Origin: an uncultured Candidatus Saccharibacteria bacterium
Lineage (GTDB): Bacteria > Patescibacteriota > Minisyncoccia > Phycocordibacterales > EsbW-18
DNA length: 64,000 bases
NCBI GenBank assembly: GCA_964478705.1
Contig: CAYZIR010000003.1
Span: forward strand, 17,223 to 81,222
Reading direction: 5' to 3'
The first letter of the stretch is position 1, and every line of letters begins with the position of its first letter. The position numbers and the translations under genes were made by a program. Positions 18,819 through 27,353 of the stretch are shown in pieces. A model generated the notes under the pieces. The model was not told where the DNA came from. It did no database searches and was given only the letters and a program-made list of their open reading frames with translations.

Positions 18819-19370
18819 TTAAGAGATAAGACTGTTATAGATCTCCTCTAAGGTTCCTGAGAAATCATTGGAATTATCAAAAAATGGCAGACCGAGCTTT
18901 CCGCACTCTGATTCAAGATACTTACTAAACTCAATCATGTCTGAAATCGCAAAACGCATCTGATCATCCGTTTGGCTCAACGTCCAGTCACCATGTGAAT
19001 CTTGATATTTTCTAACCTCAAGAAGTTTTTGTTCTACATCGTGCTGCGGATATCCTACAAATGCTATTGTTACTTTTTCTGGATATTGATCGAGGACCTT
19101 CTTCGCTTGCTCTGGAAGAATACCGTCGCCTTCAATAAGATATGCGGGTTCGTCTTCCACCAAGTGAGAGAAAAGATTGTATGTAAATGGCCCCAGCTTA
19201 TGAGCTTTTTCTATAAACGGTTGCCCATGTTGAATATCAAGAGCCGGAGCCCCCTGAAGAGCACTGATTAATACATCTATTGAAAAGTAAGGGACCTTCT
19301 TTTCGTTGAGAAGTTTCCGAGAAATTGTTGATTTTCCTGAACGCGCAGCCCCTCCGAGAATGTAGAGCAT
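18819..19370 (-). CDS. P-loop NTPase / small-molecule kinase-like protein (CPT/zeta-toxin/adenylate-kinase-like fold)
   Basis: Walker A GGAARSGKST at N-terminus; 183 aa. Confidence 0.6.
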   Translation of the reverse strand: MLYILGGAARSGKSTISRKLLNEKKVPYFSIDVLISALQGAPALDIQHGQPFIEKAHKLGPFTYNLFSHLVEDEPAYLIEGDGILPEQAKKVLDQYPEKVTIAFVGYPQHDVEQKLLEVRKYQDSHGDWTLSQTDDQMRFAISDMIEFSKYLESECGKLGLPFFDNSNDFSGTLEEIYNSLIS

Positions 19371-19775
19371 AGTTGTTGGTAGATAATTTTCTGTAAGTTT
19401 AGAAGGATACCAAGGCTAAAATAACATCCATGTTCTTGCAACTCCCTCAAATTCACCACAGTTTGTTTCGAATTTCGAAAGAGGAATAGCAAACATCGTG
19501 TACGAGGTAAGAAAGATTTTACCTTGAGGACCCTCGCCAGCCGTGACTAATTTTAGAGTTATAACTCTCTCAGTCGGATTATCCATAAGAAGACGGACAT
19601 TTTGTTTAGCATCCTCTGGGCAAGACACTAGCGCGTCAGATACCAAAAGTTTTGTTAAGAAAGAGCTCGCAACAAAGAAAAGCAAAATGAGAAAGACAAT
19701 TAAAAGTATACGACTAAGGTTTGCATAATTATGTGTTGGTTATCTAGCCTGCCGACAGGCAGGGGCATAGTGAAA

Positions 19776-20603
19776 CTACCCTCTCTTCCAGTTATCGAGC
19801 TCCTGGTCAAAATTGTCGGGATTGTAGCTAAAATTTGAACTCTTTCCACGCATTGCGTCTGGTCGAACTATAAACAATCTTCTGTTATGAGAATCATAAA
19901 AGACTGAATCACCTCCTTTTACAGTCTTTGGTCCCACAATCACAAGTGGCTCAAAACCAAACGTCTCTTTTACGCGCTCAGTTAATAAAGCAATAGAGCC
20001 ACTGTAATCCCTTGCGAGAGCATCTTGTGGCAAATAGTCTGGCCGGAGATTGCCTCCAGCAATAACCGCATCAATAGTCCCCTCTACCGATCTTTCTTTT
20101 AACTCCCGTAGTCGTTCGAGTAAGTGTTGTGCAAAGCTATCTTTATTGAGACTAAAAAATTCTGTTGGGTCTTGATGACTCATGAGTGATATATTCTCAC
20201 CACTTTTTTTATCAATACCAGCAACAACCAACATTGTGCAGTTACGAAATTCCGCTGAAAACTTATCGCGACTGTTAACTTCAGAAATCACATACGTGTA
20301 TTCTCCAGCGTTTTTCATGCCCCGCCTCTTTAAAGACTCTGCATCTTTAAAGTAGTCAACATTATCCACCTCATCGCCAAGATAATTTGGATCAAAATAA
20401 TGTGCTTCCTTACTAAATTCATTTTGAAAATCTTCTTCGATTCCTACACAAGCAAAGATAGGTTTTATACCATCCTTAAGATGTCGCCTAGGACTTGCCT
20501 CCTGATGCACAACGTGATCACTCTCTCCTGCAGGGTTTTCTGAGTTTGCCTTGTTCTTGTCTACTTCTATGTTACCAGGTTGTTTATTGCCACTTTCAAA
20601 CAT
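19776..20603 (-). CDS. Hypothetical protein (275 aa, soluble)
   Basis: Long ORF with protein-like composition; no motif recognised. Confidence 0.5.
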   Translation of the reverse strand: MFESGNKQPGNIEVDKNKANSENPAGESDHVVHQEASPRRHLKDGIKPIFACVGIEEDFQNEFSKEAHYFDPNYLGDEVDNVDYFKDAESLKRRGMKNAGEYTYVISEVNSRDKFSAEFRNCTMLVVAGIDKKSGENISLMSHQDPTEFFSLNKDSFAQHLLERLRELKERSVEGTIDAVIAGGNLRPDYLPQDALARDYSGSIALLTERVKETFGFEPLVIVGPKTVKGGDSVFYDSHNRRLFIVRPDAMRGKSSNFSYNPDNFDQELDNWKRG

Positions 20604-20655
20604 ACGAATTTTAAGTTAATAGATTTTCATGTTGACTATTTAAACGGTATTGAAC

Positions 20656-21009
20656 CTATTCAATCTGGAAATCCAGCTGTTCATCAGGAATACCGATTGA
20701 TTTTCCATGTGCAATAGCATCTGTCCATGTTGTTTTATCAGAAAACTTAATCTGAAAGACCTTGTCCTTAAATACCACGAGCACATCATCTTTTCCTGAT
20801 TCCCAGAAATGAATGTACCAAGGACCATCTGAAAGATACTGTCCGATGTTTTGAGCAGTATTCTCATCTACAAGAACACTGTGAAGTACCCAATCGCCAG
20901 CGTGCCATGTTTTCTTAATCTGTACTCGATCAAGAATACTTTTATCTTTAAGACTATTTTCGATGATTGTTCTTTTGAGCATGGTGGGTTGCTTATCTGC
21001 CTCGACCAT
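20656..21009 (-). CDS. Hypothetical protein (117 aa)
   Basis: ORF with plausible composition; no motif recognised. Confidence 0.45.
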   Translation of the reverse strand: MVEADKQPTMLKRTIIENSLKDKSILDRVQIKKTWHAGDWVLHSVLVDENTAQNIGQYLSDGPWYIHFWESGKDDVLVVFKDKVFQIKFSDKTTWTDAIAHGKSIGIPDEQLDFQIE

Positions 21010-21043
21010 AGGCTACGGCCGAGGGTGACGATGTTTAAACTCA

Positions 21044-21814
21044 TTATTCAAACTCAACCAACAATGCCAGGTGATCCGAAACTTCATCTGGCAATGCTTC
21101 GAATTCTCTCACGTTAATATCTCCTGAAACTAAGACATAATCGGCAAATTTCTCCTCCTTCGGGTAATGATGATTACGTGTCGACGGTATGTTGTATTTT
21201 TTAATGAGGTTAATCATATTTTCTTCAAGCATATTCATGGCGTTACCATCATTCACGATATTGAAATCGCCACACAATATCTTTTTCCCTGTATGAGATG
21301 CTAGGAACTGGTTGATGACCTTCGATTGCTCGAGTCGCTCTGGAATATCTTTCTTCTGAGACTTATTTTTCCATAAACCATGGAGGTTGAGTACAGTTAT
21401 GCTTTCCTCACTGCTCAGTGCGAGCTTTACCCACTGGCACTTGCCACTCAGCATATCTCCTCCGCGCGTATACGACTGTTCAGGATGACTTTTGAAATGG
21501 CCGCTTTCCAGAATCGTGATATTTTTTCTTACAAAGATAACCTGCCCGCACCCAACCTCAGGATCAAGAAATTCACCATGGATGAATGATTCGGCGGGGT
21601 CTTTGTGTACAAATGAATCGAAATCGCTCAATACAGCGCGTAGTTCATCGTAGAGATTTAATCTTCCCTTCTGGACGGGACTAAACTCTGGCTGTGAACC
21701 AAAAAGCGCGTCCTGAAAACAAAAGATGTCGACGTCCTTCGAGTATTTCTGTATGAACGTCATGAGCGACTCATAGAGTTTACCGCCCCACAAGTTTAGA
21801 GTAATCAGTTTCAT
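21044..21814 (-). CDS. Endonuclease/exonuclease/phosphatase (EEP) family protein
   Basis: MKLITLNLWGG… start, catalytic SDHLAL near C-terminus, GDFN motif. ORF-track start at 21898 reads through the repeat element; the Met at 21814 is preferred. Confidence 0.75.
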   Translation of the reverse strand: MKLITLNLWGGKLYESLMTFIQKYSKDVDIFCFQDALFGSQPEFSPVQKGRLNLYDELRAVLSDFDSFVHKDPAESFIHGEFLDPEVGCGQVIFVRKNITILESGHFKSHPEQSYTRGGDMLSGKCQWVKLALSSEESITVLNLHGLWKNKSQKKDIPERLEQSKVINQFLASHTGKKILCGDFNIVNDGNAMNMLEENMINLIKKYNIPSTRNHHYPKEEKFADYVLVSGDINVREFEALPDEVSDHLALLVEFE

Positions 21815-21835
21815 GTTTGTTGCCGGACTAGGAAT

Positions 21836-22001
21836 CTCACTCGCTTCGCTCTCTAAGAACCCTCGGTTCTCAGCGGGCTTCGCCCTGCTCTCCAACACGG
21901 GAGAACACGTGTTCTCCCGACCCCACTCCTGTTCGAATCCAAGTCCGCGCTCAAACAGAAGTCACATTTCTGATACCGGACGGTATCAGAAATATCACTT
22001 G
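21836..22001 (-). mobile_element. Repeat family copy B: ~166-nt structured insert between a degenerate duplicate of the tRNA-Gln 3' end and the tRNA-Gln gene
   Basis: Core 21853..21893 is the reverse complement of 10688..10728 (41/41). Palindromes gggagaacac/gtgttctccc (21898..21917) and ttctgatacc/ggtatcagaa (21969..21992). Inverted tRNA 3' fragment gttcgaatccaagtccg at 21931..21947. Flank 21817..21836 ttgttgccggactaggaatc versus tRNA end 21999..22018 ttgttgccggacttggattc. Confidence 0.55.
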
Positions 22002-22072
22002 TTGCCGGACTTGGATTCGAACCAAGATACCCTCCTCCAAAGGGAGGTGTCCTACCATTAGACGATCCGGCA
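22002..22072 (-). tRNA. tRNA-Gln (anticodon TTG)
   Basis: Reverse complement TGCCGGATCGTCTAATGGTAGGACACCTCCCTTTGGAGGAGGGTATCTTGGTTCGAATCCAAGTCCGGCAA. 7-bp acceptor stem, anticodon loop CTTTGGA, T-loop TTCGAAT. Confidence 0.9.
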
Positions 22073-22201
22073 TTGTTCAATTGTCCTACCATTAGACCTG
22101 TCTAGCTGGCGCTAGCCAAGGCTGATCCGCCTCGGCTCGCTTCGCTTACCGAAGCGAGACGGGCGATCCGGCAGAATACAGGGACACTATACCCTGCGAC
22201 C

Positions 22202-22429
22202 CTACTTCTTTCCATATCGCTCGTGTATCTCAACGACCTTCTTCCGTGTGGTACTCCCTGCGACAATCCGTATCGCGGACTGTGGAACCTTGAGATATTT
22301 TGAAAGTTTGCGTATGACTTCAATGTTCGCCTTACCTTTTTCGGGAGTAGCGTTGATACCGACGACAAGTGTCTCGCCCTCTTCACGAACAAAGTCACCT
22401 TTGAGTTTTACACTCACCGAACGCTTCAT
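22202..22429 (-). CDS. yggU: DUF167/YggU-family protein
   Basis: 75 aa, …GETLVVGINATPEKGKANIEVIRKLS… typical of UPF0235/YggU. Confidence 0.7.
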   Translation of the reverse strand: MKRSVSVKLKGDFVREEGETLVVGINATPEKGKANIEVIRKLSKYLKVPQSAIRIVAGSTTRKKVVEIHERYGKK

Positions 22430-23496
22430 GATGATAGAGATGTCGCTTCAATAATTGCAAGTTCAAGTGGTAGTCCTGGGATTGCAGAACGGTCAAGCAT
22501 CGCGTAAGCGTCGATGAAGCGTGACAGGAGCGCTGAATTTACTTTCGAAGTTTTGTCGTGTGCGATTGTTTCGAGAAGTGTGATGTCGTCAGGTGTATAT
22601 TCGAGGGCAAGCGATTCTTTCATTGCAGGAGCAAACCTCAGAAGCAACACAACACGAAGTTTTTCAAGGAGTAGTTTACCGAGGATTTTCATATCAGTGC
22701 CCGCCTCACGCGCCGATGCAATTGCATTCAGTGCATCTTCGGATTTTCCTTCTGCAACCGCGCGAATCATGTCGTTCACGAGCGTTGAGGATGGTGTACC
22801 GGTTACCGTTGCGACCAACTCTCCACTCACCTTCTTTTCGGAAGCAATGGTGAGCACTTTTTGAAGAATGCCGTGCGCATCACGAAACGAACCTTCTGCC
22901 AGAAGCGCAATCAAATCCGCTGCATCTGTTGCGAGTTCATACCCTTCTTCCTTTGCCGTCGCAATCATGTGGTCACGCAAGAGCGCTCGGGTCGGCGTCT
23001 TGAACGAGTGCACTTCACAGCGCGAGATGATTGTCTCGGGGAGCTTTTCCATCTCGGTGGTTGCGAGAATGAAAATCACGTGTGCAGGTGGTTCCTCGAG
23101 CGTTTTCAGAAGCGCGTTGAAGGCTTCTTTCGTCAACATGTGTGCTTCATCGATGATGTACACCTTGTACGGTGATGCAAACGGGAGTGTATGCACCGCA
23201 TCGCGGAGCGCGCGAACGTCATCGATACCGCGATTACTTGCAGCATCGAGTTCGTAGGTGTCGCGGTCTTCAACACCGAGCATTTTTGCAAAAATCCGCG
23301 CGACGGATGTTTTACCCGTACCTCGCGTACCGGCAAAAAGATATGCATGCCCGACGTGCCCTTTTGAGAGCGCCGCAGAAAGAACCGCTATCACATGCTC
23401 CTGCCCACGAACAGTGTCAAAGTCGGTCGGGCGATATTTTCGATAGAGTGCCTGCGTCATGGGGCAATTATACACCAGACGCGAAAACGACCTCAC
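22426..23496 (-). CDS. dnaX: DNA polymerase III subunit gamma/tau (short form)
   Basis: YRPTDFDTVRGQEH…, Walker A GTRGTGKTS, DEAHML box, SRC motif; 356 aa. Confidence 0.92.
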   Translation of the reverse strand: MRSFSRLVYNCPMTQALYRKYRPTDFDTVRGQEHVIAVLSAALSKGHVGHAYLFAGTRGTGKTSVARIFAKMLGVEDRDTYELDAASNRGIDDVRALRDAVHTLPFASPYKVYIIDEAHMLTKEAFNALLKTLEEPPAHVIFILATTEMEKLPETIISRCEVHSFKTPTRALLRDHMIATAKEEGYELATDAADLIALLAEGSFRDAHGILQKVLTIASEKKVSGELVATVTGTPSSTLVNDMIRAVAEGKSEDALNAIASAREAGTDMKILGKLLLEKLRVVLLLRFAPAMKESLALEYTPDDITLLETIAHDKTSKVNSALLSRFIDAYAMLDRSAIPGLPLELAIIEATSLSS

Positions 23497-23788
23497 CTAC
23501 TAGGAGGGGGTCGTTTTTGAAGAGCTAATTTGTGCTTCTATTGGAGTTTCGAGCGTGGTAAGTCCCAAACATGCTTCCATCCGATGCTTTGCCTAACAAA
23601 ATATCAAAGTCTTTTCTTTCCCAAATTTTGGTGAGCAGTTCTTCTACGACCCTAAAAGAGAGTAAGGCTCCCCAGAGTTCTTGAGAGCATTCTCTACGAG
23701 TCACTACCACCATCTGGGCACGCCTGGGCACGCCTCCTCCTTTCATTAACATCACCTACCTACCAGTATCTGCCTCTCCCAGAAAGAA

Positions 23789-24772
23789 TCAATGTGTATA
23801 GCTTTTGATTAATTCCTCGAGTTTTTGGTACGCATCTTGATAGTCCACCGCCGTCATCAAGTCAGCGCGCATTACAGATGCACCATCAAAATTATGGATA
23901 TAGGCCTTGTAGTGTTTTTTCATGGTCGCAAAACTCTTCACATCCCCGAGCATCTCTTCAAAGAGTCTCGTATGCTCAAGTGCCGATTCGAGTCGCTCTT
24001 TGGGTGATCGAACTCTGTCTGCGTCATCAGCAAAAACCCACGGGTTGGTGAATAGCGCACGACCAAGCATTACACCATCACATCCTGTTGCTTCGGCTTT
24101 CGCACGTGCATCTGCGATATCAACAACATCGCCGTTACCGATGATGAGTGTGCCCGGCGCAATTGCGTCACGAATTTTTACCGCATCCGCAATGCGCTCC
24201 CACCGCGCAGGAACTTTTGACATTTCTTTTCGCGTTCGTGCATGAATCGTCACTGCGGAAACGCCTTCCGCAAGAATTTCCGGTAACCACTCTTCAAGAA
24301 TGTCGGTGTTGTATCCCAAACGAGTTTTAACCGAAACCGGAAGATCACCTGCGCCCTCTTTCGCTGAACGAATAACCGCTCGAGCTCGCGCTGGATCTTT
24401 AATCAACCCAGCTCCTGCTTTTTGTTTTTCAACACTTCTATCAGGACATCCCATATTGATATCGACACCATCAAACCCAAGTTCGCGTGCGAGTGTTGCT
24501 GCGTGTTTCATTGCAACAGGGTCTGATGTAAAAAACTGTGCGAGAATTGGTCGCTCACCTTCTGAATACGTAAGATCTCGCATCAATCGCTCGCGCCCTT
24601 TTTCGGGTGCATACAACAGACCGTCCGCGGAAACAAACTCCGTCCAGAGCACATCGGGTCGGCCACGTGAGACCAAGATGTTTCGATAGACCGCATCAGT
24701 TACATCCGCCATTGGAGCAAGCGCGGTGAACGGTCGAGGGAGATTGTACCAAAACGTTTTTTTCACACGCAC
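23789..24772 (-). CDS. dus: tRNA-dihydrouridine synthase
   Basis: …LAPMADVTD… start, TIM-barrel Dus motifs and catalytic Cys in …INMGCP…. Confidence 0.88.
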   Translation of the reverse strand: MRVKKTFWYNLPRPFTALAPMADVTDAVYRNILVSRGRPDVLWTEFVSADGLLYAPEKGRERLMRDLTYSEGERPILAQFFTSDPVAMKHAATLARELGFDGVDINMGCPDRSVEKQKAGAGLIKDPARARAVIRSAKEGAGDLPVSVKTRLGYNTDILEEWLPEILAEGVSAVTIHARTRKEMSKVPARWERIADAVKIRDAIAPGTLIIGNGDVVDIADARAKAEATGCDGVMLGRALFTNPWVFADDADRVRSPKERLESALEHTRLFEEMLGDVKSFATMKKHYKAYIHNFDGASVMRADLMTAVDYQDAYQKLEELIKSYTH

Positions 24773-24864
24773 ACCATAGCATTTGCCTCCCTCTGCCTCA
24801 AATGATAGATTGCACCTAGAGGTAACCAGTCATGAGACTCTGAGTCGTCCGCACCACAGAGAGT

Positions 24865-25128
24865 GATGCGAGAACAATAGGAGCAGCTATGCTGGGATGG
24901 GCTGGTGGATGCGGGAAATTCTGGGCTCGACGGGGCGGAAAGGAACGAAGGACGCCCCGACAACGACCGTTGAAGGAGCGACGAGCTCCCACAAAGTCCC
25001 AGAAAGACCGACGCGCACGGAGGCGCGAGAAACAACAGGGGCGTAAGTTCGCCACGGCATTCAGTGCTGTTCGGCGAGCATTCTCAACCGCGCACAAGAA
25101 ACAGCGTCGGCAGAACCGCTAACATCGA
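24865..25128 (+). ncRNA. GC-rich structured ncRNA, candidate reduced RNase P RNA (rnpB-like)
   Basis: ~60% GC non-coding stretch. Ordered blocks resemble RNase P: CR-I GGAAAUUCUGGGCUCG (24913..24929), CR-II/III GAGAAACAACAGGGGCGUAAGUUCGCCAC (~25030..25060), CR-V GGCAGAACCGCUAAC (~25108..25124). Ends at its own terminator; the six-frame ORFs here are low-complexity and on both strands. The 5' end is not defined. Confidence 0.4.
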
Positions 25129-25155
25129 GGGCTGTACATCCGTACAGCCCTTTTT
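25129..25155 (+). terminator. Rho-independent terminator of the ncRNA (also follows ftsQ-like stop on minus strand)
   Basis: gggctgtac-atcc-gtacagccc followed by TTTTTCTATT. Confidence 0.7.
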
Positions 25156-26028
25156 CTATTCAGAATCGTTGCTTTCTCCTTCACTCTGCTCTTCGCTCTT
25201 TTTATAGAACACTTTATTTTCGAATCGTAGATCAATGTAGTCGATGCTCTCAAGATGTATTGGATCTTCGGTCGTCTCCGACTGCATAATTGACGTGAGA
25301 TTCGATACCGCAGTATCAAATGGCGGTACGTGAGGAAAGCGAAGTGTCATATCAGTGAATCCCCCGTCATCTATAGCTCTACGCACGGACAGATCGAGCG
25401 AGTCGCTCGTCCACAGCACGCTCCTCGTCCGGAATCCAAGTGTTTCCAATGCATCAATCGCTTGGTGAAGGAGCGCGAAGTCGTCTTGATCAGTGAGACG
25501 CTTTCCGATGACACGTTCTGGGAATGTCCGTGTGTACGTGATAAGAGAGTTCCCCGAGACGTTCGGCGCGCGAGCGTATGCGAGCGCGCTTTGGTCAACA
25601 AAATAACATACCGTTGACATACTACTTACTGCTGAGCACCACAGTCCTTGGGGCGAGCGCTCAGTGATACGCACACGAATACTGTGAAGACCGACCCGAT
25701 CGATTGATACCTCTTCAATCCTGACAAATTCCTTAGTAAGACTTTCTACCAATGCGTCGTGCGGATATATAAAAATATTCCGTCGTGAAAATATATGCGC
25801 ATATGATCCGCCAAGATGTGAAATAACGGTGTCGAAAATTTCCCGATCAGCAATTGCTGAATTCCCTTCGATGGAAATTTTCTGAATTCTTGTGTATTTC
25901 AAGTTGACGAATTCAACGAGGAGAAAAAAAATACCGATAGCTAAAAAGAGCCATAGAAGCATCCTAACTCCAATGCGCCTGCGGTGTTCTTTACGAACAC
26001 GCTCTGAGATGAAACGTCGTCGCAACAT
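25156..26028 (-). CDS. Cell division protein FtsQ-like (N-terminal TM + POTRA-like domain)
   Basis: TM helix LLWLFLAIGIFFLLV followed by a beta-rich periplasmic domain, next to divergently arranged replication genes. Call rests on architecture only. Confidence 0.5.
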   Translation of the reverse strand: MLRRRFISERVRKEHRRRIGVRMLLWLFLAIGIFFLLVEFVNLKYTRIQKISIEGNSAIADREIFDTVISHLGGSYAHIFSRRNIFIYPHDALVESLTKEFVRIEEVSIDRVGLHSIRVRITERSPQGLWCSAVSSMSTVCYFVDQSALAYARAPNVSGNSLITYTRTFPERVIGKRLTDQDDFALLHQAIDALETLGFRTRSVLWTSDSLDLSVRRAIDDGGFTDMTLRFPHVPPFDTAVSNLTSIMQSETTEDPIHLESIDYIDLRFENKVFYKKSEEQSEGESNDSE

Positions 26029-26031
26029 CGG

Positions 26032-27303
26032 TTATGCGTTCTTGGTAATACGCTCACGACCACCCATGTATGGGCGGAGTGCCTCGGGAATGGTCACTGA
26101 ACCGTCTGCGTTTTGGTAGTTTTCAACAATGTGACAAAGAATGCGTGGCATCGCGAGCGCTGTGTTGTTGAGCGAGTGGACAAATCGCATCGTCCCATCA
26201 TCGTCTTTATAACGAATATTCAAACGACGTGTCTGGAAGTCGTGGAAGTAGGATGATGAGTGCGTCTCGCGGTATGTCTTTTCAGACGGCATCCACACTT
26301 CGATATCGTATTTCTTTACTTGACCAAGACCAATGTCGCCTCCGCAGTTGATAACGACGTGATACGGAAGATTGAGCTCCTGAAGAAGCTTCTCTGAGTT
26401 TTCAGTAAGTTCTTCGTGGATACGTACTGAGGTCTCATGGTTCGCTTCACATAAAACAACTTGTTCAAATTTGAAGAATTCATGAATGCGGAACACTCCC
26501 TTGGTGTCTTTGCCATAGCTTCCCGCTTCGCGACGAAAACACGGCGAGAACGCAAAAAATTTGAGCGGAAGCATGCTCTTATCAATCGTTTCGTTCATGA
26601 AGTACCCCATCATCGCAACCTCTGCCGTTCCTGCGAGATAGTCACCATCTTGTGTTTTATAGAGATCTTCTTCACTCTGTGGAAGATATCCAGTGCCCAT
26701 GAACGGTTCACGCTTTACGAGCGATGGCACGACCATCGGCGTAAATCCGTCACGCTCGCTGAATCGATCGATGACAAAACGCTCAAGTGCCCACATAAGA
26801 CGTGCCCCATCATTTTGAAGAAAGTACCCACGGAAGCCTGCAACTTTTGACCCTCGCTCGAAATCTGCCATACCATTCTCGAGCATCAAATCAACGTGAT
26901 TCTTTGGTTCAAAATCGAACGTGCGTGTATCACCCCACGTTTTCACCTCGACATTGTCTGCATCACTTGCTCCTTCTGGAACCGAGACATCGGGGACATT
27001 CGGTACGAGCACCATGAGATCGCGCCATGCGACCATGATTTCTTTGAGTTTGTCTTCTTTTGTCTGAAGTTCTTCTTTGAGGGTTCGCATCTGCGCAATC
27101 AACGCATCACGATCAGGGCCGTTCTTGGCAATGGCGTCCGTTGCAGTATTTTGTTGTGCACGAAGATCTTCGACAGCTTTGAGTACCTCACGGCGTTCAT
27201 CATCCACCTTGAGAAGTACATCGATATCAATATCGACGTGCTTTTTCTTTGCACCCGCGATGACTATGTCTTTGTTGTCTCGGATAAAATGTATATCAAG
27301 CAT
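26032..27303 (-). CDS. serS: Seryl-tRNA synthetase
   Basis: N-terminal coiled coil and class II aaRS motifs (…FRREAGS…, …GLGQV…). ORF-track start 27363; MLDIHFIRDN at 27303 is preferred. Confidence 0.9.
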   Translation of the reverse strand: MLDIHFIRDNKDIVIAGAKKKHVDIDIDVLLKVDDERREVLKAVEDLRAQQNTATDAIAKNGPDRDALIAQMRTLKEELQTKEDKLKEIMVAWRDLMVLVPNVPDVSVPEGASDADNVEVKTWGDTRTFDFEPKNHVDLMLENGMADFERGSKVAGFRGYFLQNDGARLMWALERFVIDRFSERDGFTPMVVPSLVKREPFMGTGYLPQSEEDLYKTQDGDYLAGTAEVAMMGYFMNETIDKSMLPLKFFAFSPCFRREAGSYGKDTKGVFRIHEFFKFEQVVLCEANHETSVRIHEELTENSEKLLQELNLPYHVVINCGGDIGLGQVKKYDIEVWMPSEKTYRETHSSSYFHDFQTRRLNIRYKDDDGTMRFVHSLNNTALAMPRILCHIVENYQNADGSVTIPEALRPYMGGRERITKNA

Positions 27304-27353
27304 GATGATTGCCTTTAGAATCCCTTTATATAGGCAAGTATATAGTATGCGCG

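Noticed and set aside
21044-21898. Long form of the EEP nuclease ORF starting at 21898
   Set aside because: The first 28 codons translate the repeat element and att-like duplicate; the conserved EEP N-terminus begins at the Met at 21814.
23525-23755. 76-aa ORF in the dnaX upstream spacer
   Set aside because: No protein-like features; the region is better explained as a non-coding leader with a hairpin.
24905-24940. tmRNA (ssrA) identity for the ncRNA, from the match AUUCUGG-NNUCGACGGGG to the tmRNA 5' end
   Set aside because: No T-arm (GGUUCGAnUCC) or acceptor/CCA 3' end before the terminator, no plausible Ala-resume tag frame ending in hydrophobic residues, and no upstream 3' piece for a permuted gene. 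The RNase P block order fits better.
24816-25122. ORFs 24889..25122 (+), 24816..25097 (-) and 24763..25035 (-) with Arg/Gln/Ser low-complexity products
   Set aside because: They lie in a GC-rich island ending in a terminator with RNase P-like conserved blocks. ORFs open on both strands are typical of high-GC structured RNA, not of genes.
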